DNA of 64,000 nucleotides from Nostoc sp. (GTDB lineage Bacteria > Cyanobacteriota > Cyanobacteriia > Cyanobacteriales > Nostocaceae): NCBI GenBank assembly GCA_036918135.1, contig JBALDB010000046.1:148112-212111 (forward strand), in the 5' to 3' direction. Below are positions 21,814-32,662 of the stretch, piece by piece; position 1 is the first letter of the stretch, and each line of letters starts with the position of its first letter. The notes beneath the pieces were generated by a model. The model worked only from the letters and a program-made list of their open reading frames with translations. It was not told where the DNA came from and searched no databases. A program made the translations under genes and the position numbers.

Positions 21814-22056
21814 CAAGTTAGTTGTGTCGTTTTCTCAAATTTGTTAATTCACTGGATATTTAAATTTTAAAATTGCTACATATTATAAACAATATGATTT
21901 ATCCCTTACATTTTCAGGGGAGTAGCTTATGTTTGCTTTTTTAGCTATATAGAGAGCTACAAAACCAAAGTGCAGTATTCCGGATTATGACTAGAATATA
22001 TAAAAAGTAGCTTGTTGTCAGACATTAGCTTGCTATTGTTGTGAATCTGGAAATCG

Positions 22057-22689
22057 CTAGATGTGTATTTCACTAAGGACTTTTGGTGCATGAATTCGCA
22101 AATTCAGTTGCTGATAACGCACAGTTAACCAAGGCTGACCTAAACTCATTCCAGAAAAAGGACTTTCAGCGGGGATTTCTAACTGAGAACCAATTAAACC
22201 CAATAGACAATTAAATTCAGCGGAGAATATTAGTAAATTAGTACCCTTAGCACTGAAACTAAACGCGCTTAATTGCGTAGGCCATGCCCAGCGAGGTCGA
22301 TGATAGTTAAAACTACACAATTTCTGGTTTCCCTGATGCACAGTAGTAGATTCTCGTTCCAAAGTAAACTCAGCTAGTTGCTTCGGTAGTCCCCAAATTT
22401 CTCGACCACCAGCTACAGAATCAGCATTATCTACATAAATGTGTGAAATCCAAGCGCCGATTTTTCTTCGGTAATGAACCAAAGCCGGGACAATAATTAA
22501 CTCATTGTACTCCGATACAGGGCTTGTTTTGTAATTAGATAAATATACACTACCAAAAGTTTTACCAGGCCATACAGAAAGAATTTCTAACTCTGACGGA
22601 ATCAAAGGGCGCACTCGGTCAATATTCACCAAATGCAGAGTTTGAATAGCGTAGCCTTGAAGTATCCAAGGTGCTTGAGGATAAGGCAT
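22057..22689 (-). CDS. Acetoacetate decarboxylase family protein
   Basis: 'PYPQAPW', 'EYNELII', 'IYVDNADSVAGGREIWGLPK' (Schiff-base Lys motif). Confidence 0.85.
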   Translation of the reverse strand: MPYPQAPWILQGYAIQTLHLVNIDRVRPLIPSELEILSVWPGKTFGSVYLSNYKTSPVSEYNELIIVPALVHYRRKIGAWISHIYVDNADSVAGGREIWGLPKQLAEFTLERESTTVHQGNQKLCSFNYHRPRWAWPTQLSAFSFSAKGTNLLIFSAEFNCLLGLIGSQLEIPAESPFSGMSLGQPWLTVRYQQLNLRIHAPKVLSEIHI

Positions 22690-22738
22690 AAGAAGTTAAG
22701 AGTTGACTGATGAGTGTTGACTGTGAACAGAGGATATT

Positions 22739-22881
22739 TATAGCAGGAGGCAGTTCGCGTAGCGTGTCGAAGACAAGGCAGTTCTTACAGGGGGCAGGAG
22801 TTCAAAGGGGGTAGGGGTAGAGTCTGGGGAACCCACATTTTAAAACATGGGTAGAACAACAAGGGTGTGACTACAGCTATA
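22739..22881. repeat. TATAGC...GCTATA MITE-like element, copy 2, with an internal SDR insert
   Basis: Very similar to 51827-51949 apart from an extra GTTCGCGTAGCGTGTCGAAGAC block. Confidence 0.75.
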
Positions 22882-23007
22882 TCTGTCAGTCCCTAGTAAT
22901 ATTATTTCTGACTCCTACTCCTAACTTAAAAAAATCCCACCCAAGCCAAAGCTTGAATGGGCAATATGAGGTGGGACAAGATAATCTTCCCCAAAGAAAT
23001 AGGAGAA

Positions 23008-24909
23008 TTATTTGCTTTCTGTAAAATCAGCGTCAATCACATCATCACCAGTGCCAGCAGAGGAGGAACTGCCATCTTGAGGTTCAGCACCAGGTGCCGC
23101 ACCGCCACCAGCTTGTTGATAGATGTTACTACCTACGGCGAATAGCGCTTGTTGCAATTCTGGGGTCAGCTTCTTGATTTGCTCGTCGTCATCTTTAGCA
23201 ATTGCTTCCCGCAGTTCTTTTACTAAACCTTCGACTTTGCTCTTGTCAGCAGCAGGAACTTTATCACCCAATTCTTGTAGCTGTTTCTCGGCTTGGTATG
23301 CCAAGGAGTCAGCTTGGTTCTTACGTTCAATCTTCTCACGCCGTTCCTTGTCACTTGAGGCGTTTTGTTCAGCTTCTCTTACCATCCGGTCAACGTCAGT
23401 TTTATCCAGGGTAGAAGCGCCAGTGATACTGATAGATTGTTCTTTACCAGTACCTTTGTCTTTGGCAGTGACGTTGAGGATACCGTTGGCGTCAATGTCG
23501 AACACGACTTCAATTTGTGGGACACCACGTGGTGCAGGAGGAATGCCATCGAGGCGGAAGGTTCCTAAGCTCTTGTTATCGTTAGAAAATTCGCGTTCAC
23601 CTTGGAGGACGTGAATTTCTACGTTGGTTTGACCATCCACAGCAGTGGAGAACACTTCAGATTTCTTGGTGGGAATTGTGGTGTTGCGGGGGATAATTTT
23701 AGTCATCACGCCGCCCAATGTTTCAACGCCCAAAGATAGCGGTGTCACATCTAACAATAAGATGCCAGTAACATCACCAGCTAATACCCCGGCTTGAATT
23801 GCTGCACCAACTGCCACAACTTCATCAGGGTTAACACTTTGGTTAGGATCTTTACCCAATACCTGCTTCACAATCTGTTGTACTGCGGGAATGCGGGTAG
23901 AACCACCAACTAAGACCACTTCATCAATATCGCTTTTGCTTAACTTGGCATCCCGAAGAGCATTTTCCACAGGGACACGGCAACGGTCGATTAAGTCAGA
24001 GCAAAGTTCTTCAAATTTAGCACGGGTCAGGGTTGTATCCAGGTGCTTAGGCCCGTCCTGAGTAGCGGTGATAAATGGTAAGTTGATTTCTGCTTGGGTA
24101 ACGCTAGAAAGTTCAATTTTCGCTTTCTCTGCGGCTTCAGTCAAACGTTGTAAAGCTTGTTTATCTTTGCGTAGATCGATACCTTCGTCTTTCTTGAATT
24201 TTTCAGCTAAGAAGTCAACTATTTTCTTATCAAAGTCGTCACCACCAAGGTGGGTATCACCGGATGTGGCTAATACTTCAAAAACTCCATCGCCAACTTC
24301 CAGCACGGATACGTCGAAAGTACCACCACCAAGGTCAAATACCAGAATTGTTTCGTTACTCTTTTTATCAAACCCGTATGCTAGAGAAGCGGCTGTAGGT
24401 TCGTTGATAATCCGTAAAACTTCAATACCTGCAATTTTCCCAGCGTCTTTCGTTGCTTGCCGTTGGGAGTCATTGAAGTATGCTGGAACAGTGATTACAG
24501 CTTGGGTTACAGTTTCACCCAAGTATTTGCTAGCGTCTTCAACCAGTTTGCGGAGAACTTGTGCAGAAATTTCTTCTGGAGCAAATTGCTTACCAGCGCC
24601 CGGAGAGTCTAGCTTGACATTGCCGCCGCTACTCAGGACTTTGTAAGAAACTTCAGTAGTCTCCTTGGTAACTTCGTCAAAACGGCGTCCAATAAAGCGC
24701 TTGACAGAGTAAAACGTGTTTTCGGGGTTCATCACCGCTTGACGTTTGGCGATTTGACCAACCAAGCGATCGCCATTTTTAGCAAACGCAACTACTGATG
24801 GTGTTGTCCGAAAACCTTCTGCATTAGCAATAACTGTGGGTTTACCACCTTCCATTACTGCCACGCAGGAGTTCGTCGTACCTAAGTCAATTCCAACTAC
24901 TTTTGCCAT
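23008..24909 (-). CDS. dnaK: Molecular chaperone DnaK (DnaK2 type)
   Basis: 'GIDLGTTNS', '[11 protein letters not shown]', 'DLGGGTFD', and C-terminal 'DDVIDADF'. Confidence 0.98.
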   Translation of the reverse strand: MAKVVGIDLGTTNSCVAVMEGGKPTVIANAEGFRTTPSVVAFAKNGDRLVGQIAKRQAVMNPENTFYSVKRFIGRRFDEVTKETTEVSYKVLSSGGNVKLDSPGAGKQFAPEEISAQVLRKLVEDASKYLGETVTQAVITVPAYFNDSQRQATKDAGKIAGIEVLRIINEPTAASLAYGFDKKSNETILVFDLGGGTFDVSVLEVGDGVFEVLATSGDTHLGGDDFDKKIVDFLAEKFKKDEGIDLRKDKQALQRLTEAAEKAKIELSSVTQAEINLPFITATQDGPKHLDTTLTRAKFEELCSDLIDRCRVPVENALRDAKLSKSDIDEVVLVGGSTRIPAVQQIVKQVLGKDPNQSVNPDEVVAVGAAIQAGVLAGDVTGILLLDVTPLSLGVETLGGVMTKIIPRNTTIPTKKSEVFSTAVDGQTNVEIHVLQGEREFSNDNKSLGTFRLDGIPPAPRGVPQIEVVFDIDANGILNVTAKDKGTGKEQSISITGASTLDKTDVDRMVREAEQNASSDKERREKIERKNQADSLAYQAEKQLQELGDKVPAADKSKVEGLVKELREAIAKDDDEQIKKLTPELQQALFAVGSNIYQQAGGGAAPGAEPQDGSSSSAGTGDDVIDADFTESK

Positions 24910-25094
24910 TTTAGGTGCTGGCTCCGTATAACTACAAATGAATGAATGAGAATATAAAGGACTAAATTTTGAACCAACAGGGTCAATAAATCAGCCAGTT
25001 CAGCATTAATACCTTAATTTGGCTTCTCTGGGGTCAAAACTCCAGACTATGCTGATATATATATTGAGAGCTTCAGTGCTAGGCAGTCCATGAA

Positions 25095-25110
25095 GGGTGG
25101 TTTCCCGAAC
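25095..25110 (-). promoter_or_regulatory. K-box-like element upstream of dnaK
   Basis: The minus strand reads GTTCGGGAAACCACCC, one mismatch from the cyanobacterial K-box GTTCGG-NNAN-CCNNAC known upstream of dnaK2/groESL. Confidence 0.6.
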
Positions 25111-25272
25111 CTTGAGTAGGAGGGTCAAACTAATTTAATAGTTTTTAAGTTAATTCATGGATTGATTTGCTTTCACTTTGTCTAATGTATGAGAATTAAT
25201 ACTTTCAGTAATTAGGGTGAACCGTAAAGCCTGAGTGGTGTTTGCCGTCTTTAGAGGTAACAAATTAAAGAT

Positions 25273-25372
25273 GTCATTAGTCATTAGTCATTAGTCATTA
25301 GTCATTGGGTAGTTAGTTATTTCTCCCTCATCCCCCACCTCCCCACCTCTCCACACTCCCCACATTCCCTAC
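25273..25372. repeat. STRR heptamer repeats (GTCATTA)n followed by C-rich short tandem repeats
   Basis: GTCATTA x4 plus GTCATTG, then CCCCCACCT/CCCCACA(C/T)T repeats. Confidence 0.8.
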
Positions 25373-26194
25373 TCACTCAAGCTTAGAAAAAAGAGTTTCC
25401 CACTCGATCGTAGGCGGTCTTTGTCCCTTATTGACTATTTCAAAAATTTTCTTAGAACTACTTGGGTAAAAAAGACATTCTACACAAGCGTTTGCTACGT
25501 CAATCCGGCTAGCATCCCCTGAAAGTGTATCACCTGTACCAAGTACCACTCCGTATTTACCCCCTGTTTTTGCCCTCAGGAGGGTGTTGAGGTCGTATGA
25601 AGTATAAGGCCCGTCAATCAGGCGTCCTGGGCGGATAATAGTGTAGGGTAATCCTGAGTTGATGATCGATTGCTCGCCCTTTTGTTTGGCATCTAATACA
25701 CCGAATGCATTGAGAACGTTAAAAGGAAATCGGTCTTTACGGAGAATTCCGCAAGAGGAGACGAAAACGAATCGCTGCAAATTCTGAGGTGCTGCTGCTA
25801 CAAGGTTGCTTGCACCTTGGGCATCGATTTTTGCTGGACTATTCTTTGCCTTTGTTTGACTAGATTGGGGATTTAGAAAAGTTAAACCCCATTCAATCAA
25901 GTTCGGAGTTTGGTCAAACTCCCATCTAGTAGAGGGAAAGGCTGTGGTTCCGGTACAACATATGATATGGGTGACATTTGATGTTGCAGTTGGAAGTGTA
26001 GCTGGCTGACGAGTATCACCAACGACAATTTCCACCTGCTGATTAAACATTTGTTGGGCTTTTGTGGCATTGCGTGTGAGAACACGAACCCTGAAACCCT
26101 TTTCCAACAGCTTGCCTACCACCAGTTGCCCTACTCCACCAGTACCACCAGCAACTAGCACCAAATCCTCAGCTGACGTTTGCAAAGAAGTCAT
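25373..26194 (-). CDS. SDR family NAD(P)-binding oxidoreductase (NmrA/NAD_binding_10-like)
   Basis: 'LVAGGTGGVG' Rossmann motif; 'YTIIRPGRL'; 'SRIDVA'. Confidence 0.88.
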   Translation of the reverse strand: MTSLQTSAEDLVLVAGGTGGVGQLVVGKLLEKGFRVRVLTRNATKAQQMFNQQVEIVVGDTRQPATLPTATSNVTHIICCTGTTAFPSTRWEFDQTPNLIEWGLTFLNPQSSQTKAKNSPAKIDAQGASNLVAAAPQNLQRFVFVSSCGILRKDRFPFNVLNAFGVLDAKQKGEQSIINSGLPYTIIRPGRLIDGPYTSYDLNTLLRAKTGGKYGVVLGTGDTLSGDASRIDVANACVECLFYPSSSKKIFEIVNKGQRPPTIEWETLFSKLE

Positions 26195-26561
26195 AAAGTG
26201 TTCTTGAAATAGTCTATTGCTAATCTACTGAAAAATTAGGCGATCGCACTTTGGGTAGTTATAAAGGCGATCGCTAATCAGTGAGTGATTAGAATATAAT
26301 TTATACTTATACAAGTTTTTCTAGGATAACAAAGGTAAATGTCTAATCCATCTAGACGAAAAGGGTATTGACTCTTACCTAGCAATTTTGAGTCAATCGA
26401 ATGCGTCAAGTACTAAATAACTAATAGACAGGGGAAATTGCACCCAAATTGTTCGGTTCTACGACTGTCACCAGTACACAAATGACTATAACCTCTTAAG
26501 TAGTAGTGAGATGTCTACTTTAGACGCTGTTAGTCGCTCTGGAATTAAGGGGTGAAAACCT

Positions 26562-28028
26562 GTGTACCAATGGATATTGCCAAGTCTTTTGGAAATCTTG
26601 GCACAAAATCAATCAAGTGTGGCTGAATCATCAGCAAAAGCGGAGCGCCAGTGGCGTATCAGCCTTGCAGCAACACAACAGTTACTATTAAATACTTTAG
26701 CAACTGTTCCAGGTGACACAACCCAAGGATTAGTTTTAGCTGCACCAGCGCCCTTATTTAGTCAGCCAAAACTGACTCAAAGCTTACAAACAGTTACTTT
26801 TAGTGCAAAACCATTTAACCCCTTGGCGCTGATGCCATTTCAGATGCCAGATGCGATGCCTGCACCAGGCTATGTCAACGCACCTGATGATGATGAAATT
26901 GCTACTTGTGAATCGGTACTTCCCTTACTATCTGCCGATCCGCTGGCAGCAGAACAGTTTTGCTTAGTTTTTACAGATAAATTTACATTAGTATTAGTTT
27001 TAGCAACACATAACAACGGTAAAAAAACCTTTTCATTTTCTTTTGAACCAGAAGTAGTACAGCAAGCTTGGCGATCGCTAGGAGCGCGGGTAATACTCAA
27101 CGATCCAGAATTTTTTACCCAACTGGATGCATTAGTACAACAGTATTCTCCAGTAGCGCTAGATTCCCGGATCGTGGTTCAGTTTAGCCAGCTGTTGCTT
27201 CAGGAATTAACACAACCAGAAGAAACTAGGGATTCTTTATTAAGGAGTGGCAACAAGGAGGACAGAGAAAATAACTCAAGCTCAATGCACAATCCCGATG
27301 TTGAATTACTCCAAGCCTTTGCCCACGAAGTTCGTACACCTCTGACAACTATTCGCACCATGACGCGTCTACTGTTGAAGCGGCGAGACTTAGCCCCAAC
27401 TGTAATCGATCGCTTAGAAATTATCGATCGTGAGTGTAGCGAGCAAATTGACCGTATGGAGTTACTGTTTAAAGCAGCAGAACTGGAAACTGCTACCTCA
27501 GTAAAATCCTCAAAAACTCAACTCACGCCGATGTGTTTAGATGAAGTGTTGCAACAAAGCATTCCCCGTTGGGAACAAGCAGCACAGCGGCGGAATTTAA
27601 CTTTGAATGTTGTTTTACCCCAACAACTGCCAACTGTGGTTAGCAATCCCACTATGTTAGACCGGGTACTCACTGGTTTGATGGAGAATTTTACTCGCAG
27701 TTTACCCGCTGGTAGCCACATTCAAGTACAAGTTATTCCAGCTGGAGATCAACTGAAGTTACAATTATCGCCTCAATTCTTATGCAAAGATACAAATAAA
27801 TTTCCTACACCAGCAACGCCGCCAATTCGTAAAGCCCTTGGTCAACTGCTGATGTTCCAACCAGAAACAGGTACGATTAGTTTGAATATGGCCGCAACTA
27901 AACATTTGTTTCAGGCGATCGGTGGCAAACTAATTGTGCGTCAGCGCCCACATTATGGAGAAATATTAACGATTTTCCTTCCCTTAGAAGTTAGCAGTAA
28001 TCAGCAAAAGTTAGGAGTTAAAAGTTAA
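26562..28028 (+). CDS. Atypical sensor histidine kinase (Hik34-like), with degenerate ATP-binding domain
   Basis: Intact H-box 'FAHEVRTPLTTIRT'. The CA domain lacks DxGxG and GxGLG, having 'FQPETGTISLNM...GGKLIVRQ' instead. Confidence 0.8.
   Translation: MYQWILPSLLEILAQNQSSVAESSAKAERQWRISLAATQQLLLNTLATVPGDTTQGLVLAAPAPLFSQPKLTQSLQTVTFSAKPFNPLALMPFQMPDAMPAPGYVNAPDDDEIATCESVLPLLSADPLAAEQFCLVFTDKFTLVLVLATHNNGKKTFSFSFEPEVVQQAWRSLGARVILNDPEFFTQLDALVQQYSPVALDSRIVVQFSQLLLQELTQPEETRDSLLRSGNKEDRENNSSSMHNPDVELLQAFAHEVRTPLTTIRTMTRLLLKRRDLAPTVIDRLEIIDRECSEQIDRMELLFKAAELETATSVKSSKTQLTPMCLDEVLQQSIPRWEQAAQRRNLTLNVVLPQQLPTVVSNPTMLDRVLTGLMENFTRSLPAGSHIQVQVIPAGDQLKLQLSPQFLCKDTNKFPTPATPPIRKALGQLLMFQPETGTISLNMAATKHLFQAIGGKLIVRQRPHYGEILTIFLPLEVSSNQQKLGVKS
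26853..26881 (+). repeat. SDR5-type 21-bp insertion into a HIP1 site, in frame within the kinase gene
   Basis: GCGAT + GCCTGCACCAGGCTATGTCAA (21 nt) + CGC. Confidence 0.75.
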
Positions 28029-28483
28029 GAGCAAAAGCACAAACAATCTGCCTTTGGTCAAACAATTTTGGCTTTGGGATGAAAGTAATTTTAAATTTAT
28101 CCTCTACCCGAAGGTAGGAGCTTGAGTTAGGAGTTTTAATATCTGTATTCGTGTGGTTTTATTTTCATTAAATAGATTTTGTCTAACAATCTAATACCAT
28201 TCGTAAAAATCTTGGCAACAAATGAATCGGCTATAGTGGCGTACAGTTGTAGCCCCTATCCATAAACTTCTAGCAAGTAATTATCATTTATCTCTAAAAA
28301 ATCAGAAATTAAAAATTAAGTATTCACAATTGAAATACTTTCGATTCTGAAAATTTTAATTCCTTTGATAAACTTTCTGAGCAAAATAGATTATACCAAA
28401 ATTTGTGATGCTATTTTCTAATAATATTAAATCAAGGCAAAATTGTATAGCGCCACAAACTGAACTCAAGGGATAATCATAAC

Positions 28484-29956
28484 TTATGACTCATTTTCCG
28501 TAGCGATCGCTGCTGAGCGATCGCCAACACTGGGTAATTGTAGTACAAAAGTGGAACCTTCATTGAGTTTACTTTTCACAGAAATAGAACCGCCACAACG
28601 TAGTAGCAATTGTTGAACAATTGTTAACCCCAATCCAGCACCACCATAATCTTCACTTGCTGTTGTCCGCACGCGATAAAAGCGGTCAAAGATTTTAGGA
28701 ATTTCGCTTTCGGGAATACCAATACCTGTGTCACGAAATTCTAATTGGACATAATCACCCTGAAGACGGGCACGCACCCATACTTGACCTCCATTGGGGG
28801 TAAACTTAATACTGTTGTGCAGTAAATTAATCACAATTTGCCTCAGCCCACCACTAACGCACCAAACAGCTGGAAGTTCGGTAGGTACGGTGTAAGCTAG
28901 CATAATTCCTTTTTCTTGGGCTAGAGGTTGGTAGGTACTGACAACTCCAGGCACAATATCACCAAGACGCACCGATTCTAAAGTTGTCCCCTCTAAATCA
29001 CGTTCCAGTTGCACCAGATCCAATAAACCAGTAATTAAAGAATTTTGGCGATCGCACTGGGTATTTAACATTTGTAAATAACGTTGTCGCTGTGGTGGTT
29101 TGAGATTAGGGGAATTCAACAACGAGAGTGCTGTCTTCATATGTGTCAAAGGAATACGCAGTTCTTGACAAACATTTTTTAAGTATTCATCTTTTTGTTG
29201 TTCTTTGTTCTGTAGCTCTTGATTTTGCTGTTGCAACTTGGTAGTGCGTACCGAGACAATTTGACGATTAATTTCATCTTGGCGCAAGAGTTGTTTTGCC
29301 AACAGTTGATTCATTAGTACAGGTTCAGGCACAGTTGGATAAATAAAATCAGCAGATATAATTGGGGATGATGGCGTTAGTGCCTGTTGGATACCATTTA
29401 ATACTTGCTGAATTATTCTCCCCTCAACAGTAGTGATAATTAACAATGGCTGATTTTTATTGCTACTGACTTTTTCAGATGTTTGATTTTTGCGTTTTTT
29501 CAGTAGTCGATGAGCCAAAATTAAACTGCAAAACTGAGGAGACAACACCATTAGAAAGTTTTCCCGTCGCAGTTGGCTATGAGGTGGCCAATAAACGGGG
29601 ATCTGATATGGGAATGAGGAAGATGAGGGGGATAAGGGAGTATTTTCTCCCCTTTCTCCCTCATCTCCCGCATCTCCCTTATCTGTACCTCTGTTAATAT
29701 CCTCAATTTGGCAAGTATATATCTGACTAGACGCACCCACAGAAGATTGATAACGAGCTAATTCTAATTGCCAAACTTTTTCTGGTGGTAGCTTCACCCA
29801 TAAAGTAGCTGCAATTTGTTGCTCTATGAGTAAGTCAATTTGCGCTCTCACCAGTGATAGGAGAGTCGCAGGACTGAGGGACAATGGTTTAGGAGGCGCT
29901 TGCACTCCCATAACCAGTTGATAAACAGACAAATCCTTAGTCAAAGAAACATTCAT
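28484..29956 (-). CDS. Histidine kinase-like protein with N-terminal DICT-like sensory domain; H-box His replaced by Gln
   Basis: 'VCQELRIPLTHMKTAL'. Intact N box 'NLLHNSIKFT', G1 'DTGIGI', F 'IFDRFY' and G2 'GAGLGL'. Confidence 0.8.
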   Translation of the reverse strand: MNVSLTKDLSVYQLVMGVQAPPKPLSLSPATLLSLVRAQIDLLIEQQIAATLWVKLPPEKVWQLELARYQSSVGASSQIYTCQIEDINRGTDKGDAGDEGERGENTPLSPSSSSFPYQIPVYWPPHSQLRRENFLMVLSPQFCSLILAHRLLKKRKNQTSEKVSSNKNQPLLIITTVEGRIIQQVLNGIQQALTPSSPIISADFIYPTVPEPVLMNQLLAKQLLRQDEINRQIVSVRTTKLQQQNQELQNKEQQKDEYLKNVCQELRIPLTHMKTALSLLNSPNLKPPQRQRYLQMLNTQCDRQNSLITGLLDLVQLERDLEGTTLESVRLGDIVPGVVSTYQPLAQEKGIMLAYTVPTELPAVWCVSGGLRQIVINLLHNSIKFTPNGGQVWVRARLQGDYVQLEFRDTGIGIPESEIPKIFDRFYRVRTTASEDYGGAGLGLTIVQQLLLRCGGSISVKSKLNEGSTFVLQLPSVGDRSAAIATENES

Positions 29957-30106
29957 GAGTCAAGCACAATAAGGATGAAGCAACAAATAATTCTGTCTTC
30001 GATTTTCACCTTTATGCGTGCATTTTTGACAAAATCCGCACGGAAAGAAACATAAACTATTATGTTATCTATGTAAGGTAGCATAGGTGTACTACCTTAC
30101 ATAAAA

Positions 30107-31609
30107 TTAATCTTGGATGTTCAGTCTTGCCTGTAAAGCTTCGCGTGCGTGTTCTCGGTCATCAAAATGGATTTTTTCAGTACCGAGAATTTGATAGTCT
30201 TCGTGACCTTTACCAGCAAGCAATACCCCATCACCTGGTTGTGCTTGTAAAATAGCGGTACGAATTGCGATCGCTCGATCGCAAATCACTGTTGGCTGCA
30301 CTGTTTGGGGAATTCCCGCTAAAATATCCTCTAAAATCCGTTCTGGGTTTTCCGTACGGGGATTATCTGATGTCACCACTGCCAGATCGGCCAATTCAGC
30401 CGCAATTTTACCCATTTTTGGGCGCTTGGTGCGATCGCGATCGCCGCCACAACCAAACATACAAATCATCTTCCCAGGTATAAATGGACGTGCGGCTTTG
30501 AGCAAATTCTCTAAGCTATCTGGGGTATGAGCATAATCTACAATCACGCTAATATCTTGCTTGTCACTAATTTGTACTCGTTCCATCCGTCCGGGAACTC
30601 CTGGAAATTCAGGTATTACAGATGCCACTAATTGTAAATCTAATCCTAAGTGTAAAACTGCTCCTACTGCTGCTAGAAGATTTTCTAAATTATATTGACC
30701 GACTAAAGGCGATCGAAAAGCCACATTACCCTTTGGTGTATGCAAAGTTCCACTCACACCATTCGGCTCGTAACTTAAGTCACTCATCCATAAATCAGCG
30801 CTGTTGTCGTTGACACTGTAACTCCAAACTTGCTCTGGATTCAAGGAGGCAATTAGGCGCTGACCGTAGGAATCATCAGCGTTAATTATCGCCCGTCCTT
30901 TGAGATAATCAGGGCTAAACAACAAGGCTTTGGCGGCAAAATAATCTTCCATATCGCTGTGGTAGTCGAGATGGTCTTGAGTAAGATTACTGAATACCCC
31001 TACCTCAAATTTACAACCCAGTACTCGACCTTGCGCCAAGGCGTGGGAACTGACTTCCATCACCCCAAACTCATTACCAGCATTCACAGCCTCAGCTAAC
31101 TGCTGTTGCAGTTCCACCGCAAAGGGTGTCGTGTGGACAGCAGTTTGCTCAAAACCAGCCCAACGAGTGTAGAGAGTTCCCATCAAAGCCGTAGCTAAAT
31201 TAGCTTTGGCGAGCAGAAATTCAATTAAGTGGGTAGTTGTAGTTTTGCCATTGGTACCAGTTACACCCACCAGCTTGAGTTTTTGCCCTGGATAACCGTA
31301 AAAAGCGCTGGCTATCTGGGCACAAGCTTGAGTGATGTTACTGGCGCTAATCACCACAGCTTCATCTGTGGGAGGATGTTTCTGTGCAGCTTGGGGAGAG
31401 ATAATTGCTGCCACAGCACCAGATGCGATCGCACTAGGCCAAAATTCCCCACCATCAACCCGCGTTCCGGGCATTCCAATAAACAAATCTCCCACACCAC
31501 AAGCATGGGAATTTGTCTTCAAACCTTTAACTTCTGCATCCTTCAAAGCCGGATGATTAGGTAATTGCTCAACACTATCTACCCCTGTTAATAATTCCTG
31601 CAATTTCAT
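30107..31609 (-). CDS. murE: UDP-N-acetylmuramoyl-L-alanyl-D-glutamate--2,6-diaminopimelate ligase
   Basis: 'GVTGTNGKTT', 'MEVSSH', 'DHLDYH', 'DYAHTPD', 'DNPR' (DAP specificity), 'AGKGHE'. Confidence 0.97.
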   Translation of the reverse strand: MKLQELLTGVDSVEQLPNHPALKDAEVKGLKTNSHACGVGDLFIGMPGTRVDGGEFWPSAIASGAVAAIISPQAAQKHPPTDEAVVISASNITQACAQIASAFYGYPGQKLKLVGVTGTNGKTTTTHLIEFLLAKANLATALMGTLYTRWAGFEQTAVHTTPFAVELQQQLAEAVNAGNEFGVMEVSSHALAQGRVLGCKFEVGVFSNLTQDHLDYHSDMEDYFAAKALLFSPDYLKGRAIINADDSYGQRLIASLNPEQVWSYSVNDNSADLWMSDLSYEPNGVSGTLHTPKGNVAFRSPLVGQYNLENLLAAVGAVLHLGLDLQLVASVIPEFPGVPGRMERVQISDKQDISVIVDYAHTPDSLENLLKAARPFIPGKMICMFGCGGDRDRTKRPKMGKIAAELADLAVVTSDNPRTENPERILEDILAGIPQTVQPTVICDRAIAIRTAILQAQPGDGVLLAGKGHEDYQILGTEKIHFDDREHAREALQARLNIQD

Positions 31610-31661
31610 CTTGTGAACCCCGTCACATAGTTTTCTTGCGCTTATTCTGCATTATTTTTTT

Positions 31662-31925
31662 CTAATTGGCGAAATACTTACGCAACATTTGCTCCAACTG
31701 CTGCACGCTAGCACGAGGAGAAGGACGCGGTAACACTTCCTCCGTGTCTTGGTGGTTCGCTAAAAAAAGTACTGGCACCTCATACTGATACGCACCGAAC
31801 CAATCTTCACGAGTCGTAATATCCCGAATTTCTAACTCGAAACTAAGATTTTGGATTTGTTCGAGCTTTTCTTGCAAACCTTCACATAAATGGCAGCCAG
31901 GTTTACTGTATAAAATTAATCGCAT
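31662..31925 (-). CDS. Glutaredoxin-like protein (DUF836)
   Basis: 'LYSKPGCHLCE', 'YQYEVPVL'. Confidence 0.9.
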   Translation of the reverse strand: MRLILYSKPGCHLCEGLQEKLEQIQNLSFELEIRDITTREDWFGAYQYEVPVLFLANHQDTEEVLPRPSPRASVQQLEQMLRKYFAN

Positions 31926-32098
31926 GTGCTTTTACTAAATCTAGCTATGTCAAAATAGACGCAATATATTTCGTCTTTAGAAGTCATAATAAGCATATTA
32001 GTTATAAAATTGCTAATTTTAAATTTAAGAAAAGTCAGAAGCTCCTAGCTTCCTGAAATTCAGAATAAGGCGTGATTTTGTACAGGGAGATAACGACC

Positions 32099-32662
32099 AT
32101 GACTCAAGTCAAATCTCAAATCACACTAGAAGAATTCCTTTCATTGCCTGAAGGGGAAGGGGATATCACCTACGAATTAGTTGATGGCGAATTAAAACCT
32201 AAAATGGCACCAGAAAGATTCCATTCACGATTGACTCTTGCTCTCAGTATACTTCTAACTCAATGGGCACAAAATCGCGGTGAAGTTGGTATCGAGTGGG
32301 CAGTTACCTTAAAACGTCGGGGTCGAGACTGGGTGCCCATACCAGACTTACTTTATGTCTCTTACTCTCGGCTTAACAGTGATTTAATTAAGGATGAAGC
32401 TTGTCCCATACCTCCAGATTTAGCAATTGAAATTATCTCTCCCGACCAAACTTTTGGAGAAATGAGTGCGAAAGCTACAGATTACCTCAACGCTGGCGTT
32501 CTGAGAGTTTGGGTTGTAGATCCAAAAGCAAAAACAGTCACTATTTTTTATCCTGATGCCCGACCTCAAACAAAAAGTGGTGCAGATATTATAGAAGATT
32601 CTTTGCTTGAAGGACTGCAAATTACAGCCGAACAAATTTTTAAACAAGCAGGGATTCCATAA
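32099..32662 (+). CDS. Uma2 family endonuclease (DUF820)
   Basis: 'ITLEEFL', 'YELVDG', 'IPDLLY', 'PDLAIEIISP', 'VWVVDP'. Confidence 0.9.
   Translation: MTQVKSQITLEEFLSLPEGEGDITYELVDGELKPKMAPERFHSRLTLALSILLTQWAQNRGEVGIEWAVTLKRRGRDWVPIPDLLYVSYSRLNSDLIKDEACPIPPDLAIEIISPDQTFGEMSAKATDYLNAGVLRVWVVDPKAKTVTIFYPDARPQTKSGADIIEDSLLEGLQITAEQIFKQAGIP

Noticed and set aside
23123..24646. Long antisense ORFs inside dnaK, and similar ones inside recQ, the glucosidase, murE, cpeF and lysC
   Set aside because: These are shadow frames of well-conserved genes, with no motifs or ribosome-binding sites.
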